This document shows, piece by piece, positions 49,277 to 62,199 of a stretch of 64,000 nt of DNA. A program made the translations under genes and the position numbers. Within the stretch, counting starts at the first letter, position 1. Each line of letters opens with the position of its first letter. The stretch comes from Chiloscyllium plagiosum. Lineage: Eukaryota. The stretch is from the NCBI RefSeq assembly GCF_004010195.1, contig NC_057751.1:2747984-2811983 (forward strand). The letters are read 5' to 3'. Below the pieces are notes generated by a model. It did no database searches. It had not been told where the DNA came from and saw nothing but the letters and a program-made list of their open reading frames with translations.

Positions 49277-50099
49277 ATTGATATACAAGGACTGTTGACT
49301 CAGCAGGTTGAATGCTCCCTGGGACTTAGGAGAATGAATGATAATCTTTTACGAACAAAAATTTGTTTTGGGGGCAGATGGGATGGATGCTGGGAGAATG
49401 TTTTCCTTGGCTGGGGTATTCTGAACGTGGATCATAGTTTGTCGACAAAGAAATTGGCAATTTATGACCAAGTAGAGGAAGAATTTAATCTCTGAGAGTG
49501 GAAGAAGGCTGTCAAAGCTGGGTCATTAAGTATATCCAAGTCTGATATTTTTATTCAGGAAGAGAATCAAGGCTTCTGGGGTAAATGCGAGAAGGTAATC
49601 TTGAGCGTTATCAAATCAACCATGACCTAATTTCATGGCAAAGCACACTTGATGGGCTGAACGGCCAACTTCTGTTCCTGTGCCTCGTGGTCTTTTGGTC
49701 TGATTGCAGCCTGAGAGAACATAAGGTCTTTTATCCTTTTGATATTGTCATTTTCAAATGACAGTGTCATTTTCTCTTGAAATTCCAATCAAATTTATTA
49801 GGTATTCTCCTTTATTTAAAATCTCTTGCCTGGAAATGTACGCATCTTCTCTGCACTTCGTCTATTGACGCCTTTCATAATTTTCAAAGTCAACCACAGT
49901 CTGTTCTTCTCCAGAAACAAGAATTCCAACTTATTCAAACTTTCCTGATGAGAAAAGTCTCTCAGTTTCAGTCTGATATGGATAAATCTCTGAAATTGCT
50001 CCATTTTCTCCATATTACTTTATCAACGTGAAGATCAGATGTGTTCACAACAGCTCTGGGTGTTTCTTGAAGGAGTTTCTATACAGTATCAACATGATG

Positions 50100-50422
50100 T
50101 GGCAGGACAGTGGCTCAGTGGTTAGCACGGCTGCCTCACAGTGCCAGGGACTGGGGTTGGAATCCACTCTCGGGCAACTGTGTGGAGTTTGTGTGGGTTT
50201 CCTCCCACAGTCCAAATGTGTGCAAGTTAGGTGGTTTGGCTGTGCTAAATCGCCTATAGCGTCCAGGGAAATGCAGAGATAGGGTGGTGGTGGTGGAGTT
50301 GGGGGGGTGGGGAGCGCGGATTGGGTTGGGGAGGGGCCTGAGGCTGAGTGGGATGCCCTTTGGAGAGTCAGTATGGACTCGGTGGGCCGAATGGCTTGCT
50401 TCCACACTCTAGGGATGCTATG
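50100..50422 (+). mobile_element. HE1-type V-SINE
   Basis: Head GTGGCTCAGTGGTTAGCACGGCTGCCTCACAG; V-domain. Confidence 0.85.
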
Positions 50423-50719
50423 AAACATCTCCACTTTGCAATTTTATCTCTCCAGAGAGAAACTCCACTGCACGGTTTGGCCTTAGTAACCGGTGTTGCT
50501 GTTTTTGTTAATCTCTGTATCTTCACCAACAGCCCCCCTTTGCTCCCCAAACCAATTTTGACTCTTATACTCCAGGAAATATCTAGCCTATCAGTTATTT
50601 GCACCAAAAAACACCAGCTTGCATTTATCTCCATTGATCTGAATTTTCGGTGTTGTTCTCTATATTAAGTTGGTTGAATAGATTTTTGTTGGGATGGAAC
50701 CAAACAGGTTTATTTTACT

Positions 50720-53235
50720 AACTAGGAAAACCAGCATTTATTGTCCATCTCTATTTGTCCTTGAAAATCTGGTGATGAGCTATCTACTTTTTTTGACCTC
50801 CACAGTCCACATGATACAGGTTGTTGAAGGAACGGCAATGTATTTCCAAGTCAGGATGGTGATTGGAGTGAAGGGGAACATGCAGGCAATTGTCATCCCA
50901 AATATCTACTGGCCTTGTCTTTCTAGATGGAAGTGGTTGTGGATTTTGGAAAGTGCTGTTTAAGGATTTTTGAATGACTGTGGTGCCAATCAAGCAGGCT
51001 GCTCTGTTCTGGATGGTGTCAAGCTTCTTGAGTGTTATTGGAGCTGCACCCATCCGGGCAAGAGGGAATATTTCATCACAGTCCTAACGTGTGCCTTGTA
51101 GGTGGTGGACAGGCTTTGCGGAGTCAGATTGTGAGGTATTCACACCTCTGGCTTGCTCTTGTAGCCAATATGTTTATGTGGTGAGTCCAGTTGCATTTCA
51201 CATCACTGGTAAACCTCAGAATGTTGACAGTGGGGGATTCAGTGTTGGTTGCACGACTGAATGTCAGGGGCAGTGGTTAAATAGTCTCTAATTGGCAATG
51301 GTCATTGACAGGTGTTTGTGTGGCTTGCATGTTACTTACCACTTGTCAGAGCAAGCCTGGGTATTGTCCAGATCTTGTTGCAATTGAACATGGATTTTTT
51401 CAGCATCTGAGGAACCTCCCCATTTCTGGGCTTATGGTAGAGAGAAGGTCATTGATACAGCTGCTGAAGATAGTTGGGCCTAGAACACTACCCTGAAGAA
51501 CTCCCTGCAGAGATGTCCTGCAGAGCTGAGACCAACTACCACAATCATCTTCCTATGCATCAAGTATGACTCCAACCAGTGTTGGGCTTCCCCCGATATC
51601 CATTGGTTCCAATTTTGCTTGGGCTTCTTGATGCCACACTCAAAAGCATACCTTAATGTCAAGGGTGAACATGCTGACTTCACCTCTTGTACTCAGCGCT
51701 TTTGTTCATGTTTGATCCAAGGTTGTAATGAGGTCAGGAGCTGAGTGACCCTGGTGGAACCCAATCTGAGCATTAGTGAGCAGGTTACAACTGAGCAAGT
51801 GCTGCTGATAGCACCATTATTGATGATTGAGAGGAGACGGATGGGATAATAATTGGCTAGGTTGGATATGTCCTGCCTTTGGTGTACAGGACAGTTGTAC
51901 ACCTGGGCAATTTTCCACATTGTCAGGTAGATGTCAGCATTGCAACTCCAGTGGAACACCATTCTCTGTGACTACCTGGTCAGGTCCGCGCCCCCCAACA
52001 ACCCACCCCCCCATCCTGGCACCTCCTCTGCCACCGCAGGAATTGCAAAACCTGGACCCACACCTCCTCCTTCACCTCCATCAACGGCCCCAAAGGACTT
52101 TCCACATCCATTGAAGTTTCACTTGCACATCCACAAATGTCATTTATTGTATCCGTTGCTCCCGATGCGGTCTCCTCTACATTGGGGAGACTGGATGCCT
52201 TCTTACAGAGCACTTTAGGGAACATCCCAGAGACACCCGCACTAATCAACCACACCGCCCCGTGGCCCAACATTTCAACTCCTCCCACTCTTGCCCTGTG
52301 GCCGAACATTTCAACTCCCCCTCCCACTCTGCCTCGGACATGCAGGTCCTGGGCCTCCCCCACTGCCACTCCTTCACCATCTGACGCCTGGAGGAAGAAT
52401 GCCTCATCTTCCGCCTCGGAACACTTCAACCCCAGGGCATCAATGTGGACTTGATCAGTTTCCTCATTTCCCCACCCCCCATCTTACCCTTATTCCAACC
52501 TGTCAGCTCAGCACCATCCTCATGACCTGTCCTACCTGCCAATCTTTCTTCCCACCTATCCACTTCACCCTCCTCTCTGACATATCACCTTCATCCCTAG
52601 CTCCATCCTCTTGTCGCACTCTTAGCTCCCTTCTCCTCAGCCTCACCCCCACCCACCTCCCATTTATCTCTCCACTCTGGTAGCTCCCAGCCTCATTCCT
52701 GATGAAGGGCTCCGACCTTTTTCCTGCTCCTCGGATGCTGCCTGACCTGCTGTGCTTTTCCAGCACCACTCTGATCTTGACTCCACTGCAACAGCTTGAC
52801 TAAGGGTGGGACAAGTTCTGATATCGTACAGACTGAATCAAATTGGCTGAAAACTGGTATCGGTGATGCTGGGACCACTGGAGAAGGCCATGCTGGATTA
52901 TACACAAGGCACTCCTGGCTGAAGATTGCTATAAATGCTTCAGCCTTACCTTTTGTACTGATGTGTTGGGATCCTCCATCGTTGTGGATGGGGCTATTTG
53001 AGAAACCACCTCCGCCAGTGAGTTGTTTCATTGACCACCAATGTTCACGACTGGATGTAATAGGATTGCAGAGCCTAGATCTGATACTTCGGTTGTGGGG
53101 TCACTGAGCTCGACCTATCACTTGGTGCTTATGCTGGTTTTATTCATTCATTCATGGGATGATGGCTTCACTGGCTCAGCCAGTTTGGCAAGCAAGTAGT
53201 CCTGTTTGGTAGCTTCACCAAGTTGACACCTCATT
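50720..53235 (-). mobile_element. CR1-group family B RT remnant, interrupted by a PLE
   Basis: MWKIAQVYNCPVHQRQDISNLANYYPIRLLSII; reverse homologue of 19280-21165. Confidence 0.85.
51959..52779 (+). mobile_element. Penelope-like element GIY-YIG fragment plus terminal repeat
   Basis: FTCTSTNVIYCIRCSRCGLLYIGETGCLLTEHFREH; TSD ACTCCA(G/C)TG(G/C)AACA at 51945-51958 / 52780-52793; hammerhead partly deleted. Confidence 0.9.
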
Positions 53236-53291
53236 GGCTTGATTTAGATGGACCTTTATTCATTCTTTCCTGTTCACGCTGTGTATTCTGT

Positions 53292-54070
53292 TGTTACAAA
53301 GTTGCAAGTGTATATATCCACTTTAAAATAGAGAGTGTTTTCTGAATTTTGGAGTGAAATTAAAGTGCCCACTCAGCTGCCCAAATGAAACAGCGAAGAG
53401 AAGGGCTGTTCCAAAACAGATACATGTAACAACTGGCTGTTAATGGATACCTGAGTTTTGGTTGCTGTTTTGAAAGCAATTCCAATTTAACGAATTAATT
53501 TAAATTATGCCCAGGATACTAAAACCCAATGAGTTTGAGTTTTTTTTTGACAACATCAGATCAATGAGAGAATACGATATCAGGGCAGTGTGAGAAAACG
53601 CGGACATTTTGAAAATTGGTCAGAGGAACTGCCATTGAACAGCTGTTAAGCTGGAGAGTTAACTGCCCATCGAATATCACGCTCCCAACAAAACAAGAAG
53701 ACACTCTCTCTATCAGAAGGTACCTTTTCCTGTACAAGCATTAAAAAGAAAGAGACCCAGAGAGATCAACAGATGGAAGATTGAAGACAGCTGAGCAGAC
53801 AGAGACAGTGTGGACTTGAGATGAAGTTAATGTAATGTTTAATAAGTGTGTTATTGCATGTTAATAGGATTGTGTTCAGTTTGGTTTGTTAATAGGTTTG
53901 TGTAGTGTTCACTGTTCGAGTTTGGAAAATAAATTGTTATTTTTCTTTAAATGGTGGGAATTAGGAGTTCTCTGTCACTCACTCATATTTTAACAGATTA
54001 CAAGACGAGGCGAGTTTTTTCTGGGTTTTTGGTTTTAATTAACAGAAAGTTCAACCTCTGCGTCATAACA
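53292..54070 (+). mobile_element. solo LTR (family 1)
   Basis: TGTTAC...TCATAACA; colinear with 38627-39411. Confidence 0.8.
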
Positions 54071-54927
54071 CTATACTCCCCAAGGCCTACCAACCCTTCT
54101 GTATCTCAGACAAAAGTGATTACTTATTCATTTCACGGTCTATACAATATACCACAGCCTCCCTTATCCAGCCTTATCATGCCCTGTATCTTTTTAAAGT
54201 GCTGCCCTGTATCTTTTTAAAGTGCTGACAACTGAACGGGATGGTGGAGGGGTGTTGTGTTAGGTCCCTGGACTGATGAACCAGGTCGAATCCTCACGCT
54301 GCAAGTAGGTAATATTCCAAATGCTTTCAATCTGAAAACGGTAGACAAATCAAGGAGCTTCTTGGTCTGTCTGGCTTGAAACACTGTGCTCCTCTCAGCG
54401 GTGCAAGATAACCACAGGAAGTAACAAAATCGAAATTTGAGAGAATAGGGTCAGGATGGTAGCTTGAGGAAGGGTGTGTAGAACTCAAGTGCAGGAAAAC
54501 ACTGATGTAGGTTGAACACTGGTTGGACCAAGTATCCTGGCCCTGCCATGTAACCTTCTCAGTACTCAAGAAACATGCCCTCCCAATACTACCTCAGATC
54601 ATACCCCAGACTGACCACTCTGATTCCCTTGATCAGTTTACTGAAAATGTCCCCATATCAGCTTTATCACTGAGCTTGATGAAACTTGAGGCACTTGTCT
54701 TCAGTTCATTCAGAAGTTGGAGAGAAACTAATTCATCTGGTGTAGGAATTAAGAAGATGGTACAGCGTGAAAGTGAAAATGGGAGGCAGAGGGAGATCGT
54801 GGGACCGACAGACAGAGGAGTCTCAGAAATGTCAGTACATTCCAAACTGAAAGGATAATGCAAGCATGATCTTCAGCCAGAAATCTCTGGGTAAGTTTGT
54901 TTGGAAAAATACACTGTACTGCCTCAC

Positions 54928-55780
54928 TGTAGAAGCATGCTCGAAATGAAGCCCACTATTCCGGGAATGGCCATGCAAATTAAAGATTTTTAAAAGTCCA
55001 TAAAATTCACCAATTTACCTGTCTTTTAGGCTTAAGCTAACAGAGGACATGGACCAGGTTCCTGTACATAACATAAATTGCTATTTATTACAAATAAATA
55101 AATTGGAAATAGAGATAATCATTGACTCCCCCTCTACACACAAGTGTATACACATACAGACAGAGAGAAATGTCGATTGTGTTGGGTGGAAAGAAAGACT
55201 GAAAGACAGTTCCAAGGTCCCTGTTCCCAGGGGTTGACTGACGTGGTACTTTGAGCTTGTCAGCATGTGTCACTTCTGCATGTTCCTTCTCCAGATATTT
55301 TCACTTGTTTGTAGAAGGTACAAGGTGGCTGGTTCACATTTAGAAAGTATCTGGCTGACTGGTTAGGAACCATGGCTTACAACAGCTGCTGGGGGAGAAA
55401 TGAACTTGCTTCCTTCAGGCTTAACGTAATTTATGCTGCCCTTGTGAAGAACTGATGGCTTCTCCCAAACATTCACAACCCCAAGCTGTTCAGCTGCCGA
55501 GAAGCCAATCAGATAGTTGTTTGCGAGCAGAAAGCTGCTGTCAGCAAAATTGGTCACGAGACCAGAGACTAATCAGCCATGAATGTTACCAGGCAAACCT
55601 TGCACACAGTCCTCTGGCTTCAGCTCGAACAAGCAACTATCTAGTGTCAGCAGCACTTTGCATGGGTGTCAGGTGACTTGTTGGTAAAAACTGCAGCAAT
55701 CCTTCATCCATCCTGGGTTTTTAAAACTGTTCTTTTCCAATTTCAGCCCGCAATTAAAAATGCAGAAAAATAACCCCAAG
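54928..55780 (-). mobile_element. old LTR-like repeat
   Basis: Partial homology to 32040-32584; boundaries uncertain. Confidence 0.4.
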
Positions 55781-56129
55781 GCAATTGCATGGATTTCTTC
55801 CAATGCAAACGTTTAAGCCGAGATCTAATAAAAGTGCTAAAATATTTAATAACTTTTCATACGGTTGATGGGAGAAATTATTTTACCTCGTGTCTGAGTC
55901 CAGACGGAAGCGGAAGTTTGAAATTCCCATGGAGAGTACAGAGAGGTTTGGAAATGGCATGTTTCACAAACTAAAACTAGGTCAGAGATATGGAGCACAA
56001 AGGAAGGAGGGGTTGCTGTTCCACTTCCAGAGCTGGTGAGTGTTCTTTTGTTCTCCAAACTTGGAAATTGTATCTTGCAATTCTTTGGGCAAAGGAGTAA
56101 AATCATAAATAAGGAAGTCACAGCTGCTG

Positions 56130-56625
56130 TGCTGTGACTGTGACAGGCAACAGAATGCACTGCAGATCCAGACAACCACTGAGTTTGCAGCAGGAACAAC
56201 TTCAGCTGAGAGTTGCTGAACGGGAGCCTTTCTTCCCGACGTTACATGCCAGAAGGGAGAAGAGAGTTACCTGAATAACTTGTTCTGAGAGGCAGTCACA
56301 TCCCTCAGTGAAGCAGAATTTTCAGGTTGATGATTGTTTGTGGAGATGAGCCTGTCACTGCAAGTCAGGCCAGTGTGAGGATTGAGGAAGCAGTGATGGA
56401 GGAGCCTCAGCCTTGACTGTGACCAACAGTAGAAGGATGGCAGGGTGAATGAGTGAACTTAACATGGCACCATTGTGCAGGTTGCCATTCAAGTTCAGAA
56501 CATGAAATGGAATGTGACAGGGACAGGGGACAGAGAGAAAATGCTCGTTCCTGCAGTCATCACCAACAGTTCTGCTGGTCACATTGTCTTTTGGCTGCCA
56601 GGGTTAAGGACATCTGCTTGTAATA
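56130..56625 (+). mobile_element. old CR1 ORF1 remnant
   Basis: QLQLRVAE..EGEESYL..EAVTSL; EEPQP; AARVKDI-like esterase start. Confidence 0.55.
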
Positions 56626-56774
56626 ACAGATGTGCCATCTCCTGCAACCACCTTGAGTGACAGCAACAGGACAGGAAGAGTTCGACTGCCTCATGCAACT
56701 TCACCCCCAGGGTCCAGCAGTTCTCATCGCCACAGTCCCTGAGTTCGGCCTAGTGCAATACCCAACATACAGGA

Positions 56775-57229
56775 TCGTCGAAAGTTTTCATGAAGATCTG
56801 TAGCTCAGGAGCTGATTGGATTCGTTGTTGATCTGTTCTCTGAGCTGGTAGGTTTGTTGGCAGACATTTTGTCCCCTCTCTCGGTGACATCATCAGTGCT
56901 GTGTTGCCTCCTGTGAAGCACTGCTGTACTGTTCCACTCACTAGGACAGGCCGAGTAAAAAACAGGGAAGGAATTCCTGGAATCATGGGACTCATCTTCC
57001 GACTCTATCAGCAAACACATTGACCTGCAGCCGATATACAAACCGCTGCACTGGAAAACCAGAACTAGCACCGATCGGAAACAGGTCAAACAGAACCACA
57101 TCAACTCAGAGCAAAACAGGACAGCAGTGCTTCACAGGAGGCAACACAGCACTGATGATGTCACCAAGAAAGGGGACAAAATGTCTGCCAACAAACCTAC
57201 CAGCTCAGAGAACAGACTAACAACGAATC
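56775..57229. mobile_element. Penelope-like fold-back with about 110-bp inverted arms
   Basis: 56817-56927 vs 57121-57231 inverted; internal PLE C-terminal remnant (REGIPGIM..SISKHIDLQPIYKPL); related to the 16539 element. Confidence 0.85.
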
Positions 57230-58344
57230 CAGACAGGACAGTGCCCAAACAGACAATGTCCGTAATTCTGGAAAAGCTGCATACAAAGGTGGGATACTAG
57301 AGACAGCTTCTACAGCATTATTTCTGAGTCTGTCTGAGGGACAAGTTGCCCATACCTTCTACAGCAGACTATCCAGACCCACTGAATAAGGCAAAAAAAT
57401 TGCAAAAGGAGCGGGGAGACGCAAATGGCATACCTTTATTGCAACATCAGCAGAGGCTGAATAGTTCAGTGTGTCCACTGCTCCTCATAACTTTGGGACA
57501 GTCTTTCTAGAAAGCCTTCACCATTCTATCTACATCCTCAGTCCCCACACCTGTATTGTGTCTACCTGGAGCGAAGATGGTGTTAGCCTGTGGTGACAGA
57601 GCATTTTACATTGCTCATTGTTTGCTGGGAGAACACATTTATTTGAAGACCACAAGGAACAAGAATGTGGAACTGTTTTGGATACTCTGGGATTCAAAAA
57701 GGCTTCACCATTATTTTGAAGGGAGAGGTGAAACATGTAATGTGAGCTGTGACTCATCTGCTAATGACACAAAGTTGAATAATTTATGGAATGGAGACTA
57801 GCAAAGCTTTTTAGAGCGATAAGAGATGATATTTAATGCTTTAGTTGTTGGACGAACGTGATTTTGAACAGATCAGACACTTGTGCTGAACACTGCCGAG
57901 CAACGTTCTTCTGAAGTTGGTCTGTGTTTTTCTAGGGCACCTGGATGGTTCTCCAATGTGTAAAATAAGTTAGTCTCTATCCCTCTCTCTCTTTCTCTCT
58001 CAGTCTCTGTCTCCTTCACTCTCTCCCATCAAAAAAATAACAAACTTTCCAACAGGGCAAGCTGTACAGATCTCTCTCTCTCAATAAAGTATTTTTGGAA
58101 GTATTTTATCGATCTCACTAACCCTAGAAGCTGAATCTCTCCTTCTATTCAATGACCAATGTCTTACTGACTTTCCATCTGAACTGAAGGCTGGTCTGAA
58201 GATTTTCCATCACACTATAACTGTCAGAATTTGGATCTGTTGACAAGAAATTTGGAGCCTCTGAGAAGTCATCCAATTTTGCTCCTTGAATTTGAATCTT
58301 TGGCATACAGAGACATGCTTTTCCCCTTTTGCCCTTGGAGTGAC

Positions 58345-58571
58345 TGCAACCAGATCAGCTAGTGGGACCTCATAGAATCAAAGTTCCCCAATTGGGACTG
58401 TTAAACTGATCCAATCAGGGAGCCCTGGCTGACAGATAGAAACAGGAGTGTCAGGGATTCTGTTCACTCTGAGAGCAGGCTCTGAGGGAGTTACATCAGT
58501 TTCAAGAACCCTCCATGTATAACTAAAGGGTGACTTAGTGATGGGATATTGGTTCCTGTGGAGTTATTTCA
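58345..58571 (+). mobile_element. short solo-LTR-like repeat
   Basis: TG...CA bounded, CCAAT box, ends TTATTTCA; no clear TSD. Confidence 0.4.
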
Positions 58572-58691
58572 GCTGTAGGACCCTTTTATTCTGGATAAGA
58601 GTAACAAAGGGAAATACTTTGGCTATGTTGATAACTGATTTAAAACATTTACGCTCCTGGTATAGCTTGTGGAGTTTTGGGGCTTCATTAG

Positions 58692-58969
58692 GCAGGTACA
58701 GTGGTTAGCACTGCTGCCTCACAACACCAGACATCTGTGTTTGATTCCAGCCTCAGACGGCTGGCGTTGTGTTGAGTTTGCACATCCTCCCTGTGTCTGT
58801 GTGGGTTTCCTTTGGGTGCTCCAGTTTCCTCCCACAGTCCAAAGATGTGCAGGTTAGGTGGATTAGTCATGGCAAATATAGGGGAGTCGGTCTGTGTGAA
58901 ATACTCTTCAGGGGATTGGTGTGGACTTGATAGGCTGAATGGTCTTTTTCCACACTGGAGGGATTCTCT
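58692..58969 (+). mobile_element. HE1-type V-SINE
   Basis: CAGTGGTTAGCACTGCTGCCTCACA head; V-domain. Confidence 0.85.
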
Positions 58970-58971
58970 AA

Positions 58972-60137
58972 TTCAAGAAGGCCTTTGACAAGGTGCGGCA
59001 CAGGAGGCTACTGAGTACGGTAAGGGCACATGGTGTCAGAGGCAAGGTGCCAGCATGGATAGAAGCTTGGCTGTCTGGCAGAAAGCAGACAGTGGGGACA
59101 AAAGGGTCTTTCTCAGGATGGCAGCCAGTGACAAGGTTCTGCTAGGCTCAGTGTTGGGCTGCTACTTTTCACTTTATACATAATCTAGATGAAGAAACTG
59201 AGGGCATTCTGGCTAAGTTTGCAGACAATACAAAGATAGATAGAGAGAAAGATGCATTGAGGAGGTGGGGAGGCTGCAGAAGGATGTGGACAGGTTAGGA
59301 GAGTGGGCAAAGAAGTGGCAGATGGAGTACAACGTGGGTAAGTGTGAGGTCATGCACTTTGGTCGGAAGGATAGAGGCGTGGACTATCTTCTAAATGGGG
59401 AGAAAATGCAGAAGTCTGAGGTGCAAAGAGACTTGGGGGTTCCAGTCCAGAATCCTCTCAAGGAGAACATGCAGGTTGAGTAATTAGTTAGGAAGGCACA
59501 TGCAGTGATGGCATTTATTTTGAGAGGACTTGAATATGAAATCAGGGATGTACTTCTGATACTTTATAATGCTTTGGTCAGGCCACAGTTGGAGCATTGT
59601 GCGCAGTTTTGGGCCCCAAATATCAGGAAGGGTGGACTGGTCCCGAAACGTGTTCGGGAGGTTAACAAGAATGGTCCCAGGAATGGAAAGCTTAACATAC
59701 GAGGAGCGTTTGAGGACTCTGCGTCTATACTGGATGGAGTTCAAAAGGATGAGGGGGGATTTAATTAAAACATACAGAATCCTGAATGATCTGGACAGAG
59801 TGGATATTGGGAAGATGTTTCCACTGGTAGGAGAAACTAGGACCTGAGGGCACAGCCTTCGAATAAACAGAAGACCTTTGAAAACGAGATAAGGAGAAAC
59901 TTCTTCAGCCAGAAAGTGGGGAATCTTTGGAATTCACTGCCACAGAAGCCTGTGAAGGCCAGGTCATTGAGTATATTTAAGACAGAGGTAGATAGGTTCT
60001 TGAGTATCAAGGGGATCAAGGGTTATGGGGAGAAAGTGGGAGAATGGGGTTGAGAAACTTATCAACTGTGATTGGCACAGCAGATCTGATGGGCTGAATG
60101 ACCTCATTTCTGCTGCTATGTCTTATGGTCTTATGGA
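58972..60137 (+). mobile_element. CR1 LINE RT C-half and 3' UTR
   Basis: FKKAFDKV; KFADNTK; LQKDVDRLGEWAKKWQMEYNVGKCEVMHFG; tail TCTTATGGTCTTATGG. Confidence 0.93.
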
Positions 60138-61157
60138 TTCCACGATTAGCAAAGTATTCTTCCTGTCAGAGTCATGACACATTGTTAGTTATTGCTTTAT
60201 GTGTGATTTTTAATGAATGAGCAACGTGTTTGCAATGAATTTCAGAATGGGCAAGAAAATATGACTCTGGTTGAAAATGGTGAAACTGAAGTTGTTGAAA
60301 TTTGTTCAGCCAAGGTATGAAAGGCAGGTTGATGAGGTGAGGATACACACCAGCCATTGTTTAGTAGGATGGGGAAAGAATGGTCTCCCTCTGTACATCT
60401 CTGCTCTGTTCTCTCTGCACAATAATTCAAAACACAGCATCCCACTCAGCTCTAGCTTGTTCTCACTTACAGTGGCTTCCTCATGTAAGCTGCTGCTCCG
60501 GTACTTCGACTGTGCAGAGTCTGGCATTCTCAGATTACTGCTGCAACCAATATTTTAATACAAATGATGCCATTGCCTGCCTGAAAAAGTCTCAAGGCTG
60601 CCATTTTTCTCTGTCCTTTTGGTGTTCTTTGTGTGGTTTCCGAACCCACACCTGGGAATGTGGAAACCACACGAAACTCTCGACTGCCTCAGTTTCTGAT
60701 TTTACATTATGTTCTGGTTCCGTTAATATTCCAAGCGAGCAAGGAGCTGGGGAGAAAAGGTACGTGGTGTCCAGTAGACAACAGAAATTAAGCATCAGGG
60801 ATTTGTGAGGTGTAAATGGAGAGCTGCAAATGGCGTCATCAGCTTCAAAGTGAAGCTCCTGCAGATCATCGGAACCAGTTCACTGCTTAAGTGAATTTTT
60901 AGAAATAAGTCAATCAGGAAGAGAAAACGTTGAAGGTTGTCAATACAGCATCATTACGAAATGACCTTGTTTCACTCAAATGGCCAAGTACAGGGTTAGG
61001 ATCACAAGTATCTACGGCAGAGACTACACTCCTGCTTCAGTTACAATCTGTCCACACTACTGCTGTTTTTCTTAGCATGCCTGAAATATGAACTTTGCTG
61101 GCTGGGTCAGCATTTATTGCCCATCCCCAGTTGCCCTGGAGAAGCTGGTGGTGCGAT

Positions 61158-61417
61158 GCAGCATGGTGGCTCAGTGGTTAGCACTGTTGTCTCACAGCAC
61201 AAGGGACCAGGGTTCCATTCCACCCCTCATCGACCTCACCGACACATCCCTGAACATTATGGGTAATTTAGCTTGGCCACTTCACATCCCCTGCATGTAT
61301 TTGGATTGTGGGAGGAAACCTACGCAGGCACAGGGAGGGTGTGCAAACTCCAAATCGGACCTGGGACCCTGGCGCTGTGAGGCAGCAGTGCTAACCACTG
61401 ATCCACCGTGCCACCCC
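61158..61417. mobile_element. two HE1 SINE pieces in inverted orientation
   Basis: Plus-strand head 61158-61235 and minus-strand copy about 61240-61417. Confidence 0.8.
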
Positions 61418-61559
61418 CGATGCCTCAGGTCTTCTGACAGCACCATCTTGTCAATGGCAATTACGGATCAGTGAAAAATGCTGGCCCAGTCAGCAATGTT
61501 TGTGCCTCAGCAATGTATTTAACATAAAAGAGAGAGCAGTCTGTACTTCATTCCTTGCA

Positions 61560-61745
61560 AGGTTTGTGAAGGTTTGTAGCTCAGGTTGAGGTTTAGGGTG
61601 TAGGTTTGCTCGCTGAGCTGTAGGTTTGATATCCAGACGTTTCATTACCTGGCTAGGTAACATCATCAGTGGTGACCTCCAAGTGAAGCGAAGCTGTTGT
61701 CTCCTGCTTTCTATTTATATCTTTCTCCTGGATGGGGTTCCTGGG
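61560..61745 (-). mobile_element. Penelope-like terminal fragment
   Basis: GAAGGTTTGTAGCTCAGG terminus as at 16551 and 56792; contains a hammerhead. Confidence 0.75.
61633..61672 (-). ncRNA. minimal hammerhead ribozyme motif, intact core
   Basis: Minus strand CCA-CTGATGA-T-GTTACC-TAGCCA-GGTAAT-GAAAC-GTC-TGG. Confidence 0.8.
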
Positions 61746-61779
61746 GTTTCTTGTTTATATTTGTTTGTTTCCCATTTTT

Positions 61780-62180
61780 GTTGCCTCCTTTTCGGGAAGT
61801 TGGCAAGGTATCAAATGACTCTGATGTCTTGCACATTCTACATTAAGCAGCCATGCCTTGGCTTCTCTCTGTCATTGACTAGTCCAGTGTTCTCCTGACT
61901 TCACTCCTGTCACCCACATCTTGAATTCACACATAACTTGTTTGCCTGTATCTTAAGTCAGACAAAGTCCTGTTCTCCTTGACTCAAATAATTATTAATC
62001 TGCATTGGCTCACGGTGCAGCAATACCTCAGTTTTAAACTTTTCATCTTAGTTTTCAAAAACCCTGAGTCTTCACCCTCCCCATCTCAGTAATCTTCTCT
62101 ATCCCCATAACTTCGTGATACTGATGTACTCCTTTCACACTGGCATCAAATTCTTGAGCTTCTCTGATTTGAATTGCTGT
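61780..62180 (+). mobile_element. L2 LINE ORF2 C-terminal remnant
   Basis: LHWLTVQQYLSFKLFILVFKTL (L2 LHWLP..FK motif). Confidence 0.7.
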
Positions 62181-62199
62181 TCTGGATGTGCTTGTGCAT

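Noticed and set aside
54180..54227. 23-bp tandem duplication (also 16-bp at about 38222 and one inside the PLE at about 52260)
   Set aside because: Ordinary two-unit slippage duplications with no spacers, not CRISPR-like
54880..54896. Strong donor site TGG|gtaagt
   Set aside because: No upstream acceptor gives a convincing open exon
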